Of a DNA stretch of 64,000 nt, positions 57,124 through 64,000 are shown piece after piece. The position numbers were made by a program, and so were the translations under genes. The DNA comes from Alphaproteobacteria bacterium (lineage in GTDB: Bacteria; Pseudomonadota; Alphaproteobacteria; JAAXGF01): NCBI GenBank assembly GCA_963555825.3, contig CAUVXB020000002.1:3360001-3424000 (forward strand). Direction: 5' to 3'. The notes under the pieces were generated by a model. It made no database searches, was not told where the DNA came from, and saw only the letters and a list, made by a program, of their open reading frames with translations. How positions within the stretch are numbered: the first letter of the stretch is position 1; the number at the start of each line of letters is the position of its first letter.

Positions 57124-58513
57124 TGTCGAGAACATTCTGAGTTGACCGGTTTATGTACCATATGAGTTGACCGCTTCTGTTGCGGTTTCTGGCCCTGTGG
57201 GGAAGTGGTCGGTCGCGGAGCGGCTGTCCACTTGTCCACAGGGCGCCGGTCGGTCGCGTCGAAGCGGGTCACGCGGCCTCGCGGGTTTGGCTGTCGATCG
57301 GTTGGCCATCGGCGTGGTATCGCGCCAGACATCGCGGTCCATGGAAGACGGCCATTGTGCCGTCGGGGTATTCGTGGACGCGGACCCTGGCCTTGACGTA
57401 ATGGCGGCGGTGGCGGCCGGCGGGGATCTGAAGTGCCAGGCGCTTGTAGCGCACCGTGTTGTCGTTTGAGACGGTGCGTTCCTCGTGGATGCAGAGGATG
57501 TCGTCGAGCGCGCCGGTGAAGGGGACGAAGGCAGTGCCCTGGTCCTCGGCCGGGGTCGCGAAGCGGGCGTTGTGTTGTGGCAGGAAGACCTCCTTGAGGA
57601 AGCGGTTGGCCTCGACCATGTCGGTGATGCCGGCGAGCCTGAGTTCCTGGGGCAGGCGCTTCTGCAAGGTGCCGAACATGCGCTCCGAGCGCCCCCTTGC
57701 CTCGGGCGAGTAGGCCGGGATCAACTCGATGCCGAGCTGCGCCAGGGCGCGGCCGACCTGGGTCGGGGTGTCCTTGTCCACCTTGCCGCCGGCCTCGGGC
57801 GTGTTCCAGTAGTGGCTGGCGCGGTCGGCGTAGAGCGAGCAGAACAGGCCCTTGGCCCGGATCGCCTCGGACACCCCCCTGGAAGCTCGACATGGTGCCC
57901 TCTTCGGCGACGAAGAAGGCCGAGTAGATATCGCTGGTCGCATCGTCCATGGTGACGATCAGGTCCCACCATCGACCGGGGACCCACTCGTGGCTCGAGC
58001 CGTCCTGGTGCAACATCATGCCGGGCAGGGCACGGCGCGGCCGCTTGCGCCGGTGCGCCCCACGCCTGGGCCCATGGGCTTGCAAGCTCAGCCGCAGCCA
58101 GTTGTAGCTGCGCTTGAAGCCGTGATCGGCCACCAGCTTCTCGTGGAAGTGCTTGGCCGTGAAGTCCCAGTAGCGGGTGTCGAACAACTCCAGCACCCGC
58201 GCCACCTCGTCCACCGGCGCGCGCCGCGCCGAGAGGCGGCCCAGGCGGCGGTCGTAGAGACCGTCGGCTCCCTCCGCCTCGTAGCGGTCGCGCCAGCGCC
58301 GGAAGGTGCGCTCCGAGACACCCAGAACCTCCGCCGCCTCCGCCTGGCTCAAGCCACCCCGATGGGTGCGCCCGTAAACCTCCTCGAACTTCATCAATCT
58401 CAGTCCCTGTACCTGCTCCGTCCGACGCATCGCCTCCCTCCATGGCTTGGAGGCGTTCTAAAACCGGACAGATCATCTGGTACATAAACCGGACATATCG
58501 CGTGTTACCGACA
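57124..58513 (-). mobile_element. IS1202-like IS with 16-bp TSD; transposase 57269..58430 frameshifted
   Basis: TGTCG..CGACA ends; TSD CAAAGTTTGCCGGCTC at 57108-57123 and 58514-58529; frame break at the C6 run near 57875. Confidence 0.88.
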
Positions 58514-58530
58514 CAAAGTTTGCCGGCTCT

Positions 58531-59157
58531 TGCCGAATCTCACGAAAGTAGCCACCCAATATCAGGCAAAGTAGCCACCGATTCTCACCAAAGTAGCCAC
58601 CCCTTCGGGGCGGGGGATTTTGGTTCGACTCAGTGTGCCGTCCTACGTCTCGGATTTTCGCGAAGTGTCCGAGGGGGATGCGATGGCACGGGGAAGGTTG
58701 GCGATGAGAAAGGTGAAGAAGATTCTTGCGTTTCATTTCGACGAGGGCCGCAGCGCCCGCGCCATCGCGACCCACTGCGGTCTTGCACGGCGCTCGGTGG
58801 CGCAGACCCTGGAGCGGTTCGCCGCCTCCGGGCTGAGCTGGCTGGAGGCCCGCGACCTGGACGAGGAGGTCCTGGAGGCGGCGCTCTATCGGATATCCCG
58901 GGCTTCGGATTGGCCGGAGGTGGACTGGGCGAAGGTCGAGAAAGACCTGTCCGGCCGTGGCATGACGCTGATGCTGCTGTGGGAGGAATGGCGCGAGACG
59001 CATCCCGACAGGATGAGCTATCCGACCTGGTGCCGCCGGTTCCGGGAATGGCGGCCGCGCCGGGACGTGACGATGCGCCAGAACCGCCGTCCCGGCGAGC
59101 GTCTGTTCGTCGATTACGCCGGCATGACGGCTCCACTCCTGGTCGAGGGGGTCGAGC
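58531..59157 (+). mobile_element. IS21 type C left end plus istA N-terminus (from 58683), cut by IS3
   Basis: Three AAAGTAGCCACC repeats; LWEEW, MRQ..RPGERLFVDYAG. Confidence 0.82.
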
Positions 59158-60098
59158 TGGACCCTGCTGACGAAAGTGGAGACGTCCTGCGATAGGATTT
59201 TGATCGCAGGAGGTGCAAATGTCGAAGCAGAATGGGAACAAGGGCCGGCGGTTTGATCGGGCCTTCAAGGAAGAAGCCGTCCGTCTTTTACAGACGAGCG
59301 GGCGCAGGCAGCGGCAGATAGCAGGAGATCTAGGGATCAGTGTCAGCGCGCTCGGACGCTGGGTCACAGAATTGCGTGCGGAGGATTTGCTTTCCGGTCC
59401 GCATGAGGATGCAGCGAAGGAGATTACCCGCCTACGCCGAGAGCGTGATCTGGCCCGTCAGGAACGTGATCTGCTAAAAAAAGCGCTGGCCTTCTTCGCC
59501 AGGGAAAGTCGATGAGGTTCCGGTTCATCGACGCGGAGAGGGCCGGGTTGGCGATGCCGATATTCCGCCTGTGCAGACTGCTGCAGGTCAGCGTCTCAGG
59601 CTTCTACGCTTGGCGCAATCGCGGCCCAAGCCAGCGACAGCTCGATGACATGGTTCTACTCGCCCATGTCCGGGCAGCCTTTCGGCGCAGCCGCGAGAGC
59701 TACGGTGCAGAGCGGGTCCATCACGAGCTTGCCGAGAATGGGATCGAGGTTGGACGCCATAGGGTGGCTCGGCTGATGCGGGGAAATGGGTTGTCTCCAA
59801 AACGGAAACAGAAGTTCAAAAAGACGACGGACAGCCAGCACAACAAGGCCGTCGCATCGAACCTTCTCGACCAGAACTTCTCCGCCGAGGCACCCAACGA
59901 GAAATGGGCTGCCGACATCAGCTATATCTGGACGGCACAGGGCTGGCGGTACCTGGCCGTCATGCTCGACCTCTACTCCCGGCGCGTCATCGGCTGGGCC
60001 GTGGGCGCTCGCATGACCAGCGACCTGCCGCTCAGGGCGCTTAACCGTGCTATCGGGCTGCGCCAACCTGGCGCCGGTGTGATCCACCATAGCGATAG
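59158..60098 (+). mobile_element. IS3 type B 5' part, copy 2 (orfA 59213..59515, orfB to HHSD)
   Basis: Inverted duplicate of 21250-22190 with the same break point. Confidence 0.9.
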
Positions 60099-60486
60099 TG
60101 AGTATCTGCGGGCCGGTTCCCTCGGAGTGACCTGACCCGCACAGCGATAGACGCATCTAGACTGATAGGGCCGGCCGCCCTTGGGTGGCTTGACCCACAC
60201 TCAGATCGACCGAGATGTCATTCCCCGGACATGTCGGCCACCCGGGGGCAACCGGTTGAGGTTCCGACCTCGACCGACATCGTGACCTGATGAGAGCCCG
60301 GCCTTGGGCGCCCCGTCACTGTCGTGTCCGACATCGGCTGAGTTCGGAGCCAACCCCTCCACCCATCATAGACCAGGGGGCGGACATGGCGACTACAACA
60401 GCCGACAACATCCAGATCATCGGTGGCGTCGACACCCACCAGGACCTGCACACCGCCGCCGTCGTGAGCCACGACGGAACGGTGCT
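60099..60486 (+). mobile_element. IS110 A and B leaders plus start of recombinase B (ATG 60386), cut by IS21
   Basis: Inverted duplicate of about 20862-21249. Confidence 0.8.
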
Positions 60487-63020
60487 TGTCAGAACGGCAG
60501 AGCAATAATCCCCCACTGAAGCGGCCGGTCGATCCGGCTGCGGCGGACCAAAATGGGACCGCGTATAGCCTTCTGTCAGGGTTGCTCTGACTGGAAGGCG
60601 GGGGGGATGTATCGGGTGGAGTTGTACGCACGGGTTCGGCGGGCGTGTCATGTCGAGGGGATGAGCACCCGCGAGGCCTCGCGGGTGTTTGGTGTAGACC
60701 GCAAGACGGTCCGTAAGATGCTGTCGTTCTCGGTGCCGCCAGGGTATCGCCGAAGCGCGCCGCCGAGGCGGCCAAAGCTGGGTCCGTTCACGGGAATCAT
60801 CGATCGGATCTTGGAAGACGATCGGACCAGCCACCGCAAGCAACGGCACACTGCGAAGCGCATCTTCGACCGCCTCCGGGACGAGTACGGTTTCACGGGC
60901 GGCTACACCATCGTGAAGGACTACGTTCGTGAGCAGGGGCTTCGGTCGCGTGAGGTGTTCGTGCCACTCTCCCATTCCCCCGGTCACGCCCAGGCGGACT
61001 TCGGCGAAGCGATGGCGGTGATCGGCGGCGCGTTACGGAAGATCCACTTCCTTGCCTTCGACCTTCCCCACAGTGATGGTTGCTTTGTTGCGGCCTATCC
61101 GGCGGAGACGACCGAAGCATTCTGCGATGGCCACAACGCGGCGTTTGCCTTCTTCGGCGGCGTCCCCCGATCCATCCTGTACGACAACACCAAGCTGGCG
61201 GTTGCCCGGATCCTGGGCGATGGGAAGCGGCAGCGAACGCGCGTCTTCACGGAGCTTCAGTCCCACTATCTGTTCGAGGACAGGTTCGGCCGGCCGGGCA
61301 AGGGCAACGACAAGGGCAAGGTCGAGGGACTGGTCGGCTTCATCCGGCGGAACTTCCTGGTCCCCGTCCCGCGTGCCGAGAGCTTCGCGGCCCTCAACGA
61401 TGCTCTCGCCGAACAGTGCCGCCGGCGCCAGGCGGCGCGGCTGCGGGGCCACAAGGAGACCATCGGCGAGCGTCTCGAGCGGGATCGTCAAGTTCTCTTG
61501 CCATTGCCGCCTGCTCCCTATGATGCCTGCGATAAGCGCCCTGGACGGGCGAGTTCGCTGTCGCTGGTGCGTTACCGCAGCAACGACTATTCCGTGCCCG
61601 TGGCCTACGGCCACCGTGAGGTGCTCATCCGGGGCTACGTCGATGAGGTGGTGATCAGCTGCGGGGCCGAGGTGATCGCCCGGCACCGCCGGTCCTACGA
61701 CAGCGAGGACCTGATCTTCGACCCGCTGCATTACCTGCCCTTGATCGAGCAGAAGATCGGCGCCCTCGACCAGGCCGCGCCATTGGCGGGCTGGGACCTG
61801 CCCGAGGCCTTCATCACTCTGCGGCGGCTCCTCGAAGCTCGTATGGGCAAGGCAGGCAAGCGCGAGTACGTCCAGGTGCTCCGTCTACTGGAGACCTTCC
61901 GGCTCGAGGAGGTCGAGGGTGCGGTCGGCGACGCCCTGCGGCTCGGCGCAATCGGCTTTGATGCGGTGAAGCACCTGGTACTGTGCCGCATCGAGCGGCG
62001 GCCGCCCAGGCTCAACCTCGACGTCTATCCGTATCTGCCGCGCGCCCGGGTCGCGATGACGTCCGCCAAGTCGTACATGAGCCTGCTGTCGGGGCTCGGC
62101 GCATGACCGACACACCGCAAGTGCTGCTCGCCCACCACCTCAAGACGCTGAAGCTGCCGACCTTCCTGCGCGAGTACGACAAGATCGCCCGGCAGTGCGC
62201 CTCGGAAGGCGTCGATCACGTCCGCTACCTGTTGAGACTCGCCGAGCTCGAGCTGATCGACCGCGAGCGCCGCATGGTCGAGCGGCGCATCAAGGCGGCG
62301 CGCTTCCCCGTGGTCAAGAGCCTCGACAGCTTCGACTTCAAGGTCATCCCCTCGCTCAACAAGGCGCTGGTCCTGGAGCTGGCCCGCTGCGAGTACATCG
62401 AGCGCCGCGAGAACCTCATCGCGCTCGGCAACAGTGGGACCGGCAAGACCCACATCGCCCTCGGTCTCGGCCTGGCGGCCTGCCAGAAGGGCCTCTCGGT
62501 CGGCTTCATCACCGCCGCCGCGCTGGTCCACGAACTCATCGAGGCCCGCGATGACAAGCAGCTGCTGAGGTTCCAGAAGAAGCTCGCCACCTACAAGCTT
62601 CTGATCGTCGACGAACTCGGCTTCGTGCCGCTGTCGAAGACCGGCGCCGAGCTGTTGTTCGAGGTGTTCAGCCAACGCTACGAGCGGGGCTCGACCCTGG
62701 TCACCACCAATCTGCCCTTCGACGAATGGACCGAGGTGTTCGGCTCCGAGCGCCTCACCGGCGCGCTCCTCGATCGCCTCACCCACCACGTCAACATCCT
62801 CGAGATGAACGGTGACAGCTACAGGCTCAACCAGAGCCGCAGGCGTCAAACCCCGACTGCTAACTGAACCGACCACCCAGCCCACGCTTGACCCCGTGGG
62901 CCCACAGGTCCCTCCCGCGCGCGCCGCCGCGTCAGCCTGTTGAGGGCACGCCGCGTCGCGCGCGGGGCCCTCCCGTGGACTACGGGGACAAGCCCGCAGC
63001 CGCCAAGCGGTCCCTTCTTA
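60487..63020 (+). mobile_element. IS21 type A, copy 3 (istA 60607..62106, istB 62103..62867), right end cut by IS630
   Basis: Same proteins as copy 2. Confidence 0.92.
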
Positions 63021-64000
63021 TACCAGTGAGCGCCTGAATTGACTCTCGGGATATTCATTGATGGCGGATGATGGCGGATTGTGATTCTATGGTCTCCCAC
63101 CAGATGTGGGGGATGTCATGGGATCAGCACTCAAGATACGGGATGATTTGACGCCTTTGGAGCTTCGGCGCTGGGCTCGCGTGGAATCGTACGGTCGAGC
63201 GGCGGCGCGGGCCTATGGGATCGCGAATGCTTTGGAGGAGATGCCCCGGGCTGATGCCGCGCGGCTTGCGGGGATGGATCGCCAAACGCTTCGCGACGCG
63301 GTTGTTCGTTACAATGCAAAGGGATTGGAGGGGCTTCACGACCGTCCAAAGGGCTACTCGCCGCGGCGGCTGACGGCAGACGAGGAAGCGGCGCTGGCGG
63401 CGGTCATCATCGCCGGGCCGGAGCCTGAGCGCGACGGGGTTTGCGCCTGGACCCGGGCCGATCTGTGCCGCTGGCTGGAGGAGCGCTTCGCCAAGACCTA
63501 CCACCCCTCGAGCATGACCCGGGTTCTACGGCGGATGGGATTTTCCCGCCAGAAGGCGCGCCCGAGCCACCCGCGAAGGGACGCCGAAGCGCAGGAGCGC
63601 TTCAAAAAAGGGGGCTTCGCGACATCCTGAAGGCGACCGCCGCGGCGCATCCCGACAAGCGCCTACAGCTGTGGTTTCAGGATGAAGCGCGCGTCGGCAA
63701 CAAGGGCCGGGTGTGTCACCGGTGGTGGCGCAGGGGCGAGCGTGCCCCCGGGACGCGTCAAATCGGCTACCAGTGGGCCTACATCTTCTCCGCCGTGCGC
63801 CCGGACACCGGCGACGACGTCACCCTGGTGATGCCGAGCGTCAACGCCAAGGTCATGGACCTGTTTCTCGCACACTTCGCCGATACCCTGGACCAGGATG
63901 CGCACGCCGTCATGATGTGCGACGGCGCCGGTTGGCACGACGAGCGCGCCCTCACCGTCCCCGACAACGTCACCTTGGCGCTGTTGCCGCCTTACAGTCC
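63021..64000 (+). mobile_element. IS630-family IS (orfA about 63118..63630, orfB in shifted frame), runs off window
   Basis: Inserted after TA; AAAAAAGGGGG slippery site; WFQDEAR, CDGAGWH, LPPYS. Confidence 0.9.

Noticed and set aside
58545-58601. Three AAAGTAGCCACC repeats resembling a mini-CRISPR or iterons
   Set aside because: 12-bp units at 22-23-bp period directly inside a TG end before istA; these are IS21 transposase-binding repeats, and no cas genes are present.
60099-60385. Structured insert in IS3 as a group II intron, retron or riboswitch
   Set aside because: No GTGCG 5' end, no domain V and no reverse transcriptase; it precedes an IS110 recombinase.

Overview
High-GC, probably alphaproteobacterial DNA that is essentially an insertion-sequence graveyard. 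By my boundaries roughly 70% of the window is IS DNA: IS21 (three types), IS3 (several types), IS256 (two types), IS6, IS110, IS1380, IS1595 (two types plus a MITE), IS1182/IS5-like, IS1202-like, IS30, IS630 and an IS481 scrap. Many elements are nested and their target-site duplications (TSDs) can be read directly. Non-IS cargo: a Dpp/Opp-type ABC importer with a frameshifted binding-protein gene, a zinc-ribbon membrane protein, a decayed putative defence locus (about 1490-aa sacsin-like ATPase/DUF3883-like nuclease plus a PD-(D/E)XK gene, both IS-split), tandem tyrosine recombinases, and two intact membrane-anchored coiled-coil proteins ending in OmpA-like and LysM domains. Most notable: (i) an IS110 inserted into the bridge-RNA-like leader of another IS110 that itself sits in the IS3 HSDRG codons, with guide-like matches to the junctions visible in both leaders; (ii) an IS1182/IS5-like element that inserts at a fixed position of IS256 terminal repeats and in one copy is enclosed by the two IS256 outer ends; (iii) a 2.9-kb IS1595 cargo transposon carrying a Panacea antitoxin and a candidate membrane toxin; (iv) a two-ORF IS3/IS481-like element making 14-bp TSDs in all three copies. 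No CRISPR array, tRNA or rRNA was seen. Family names come from motif recognition, not database searches, and novelty is unverified.
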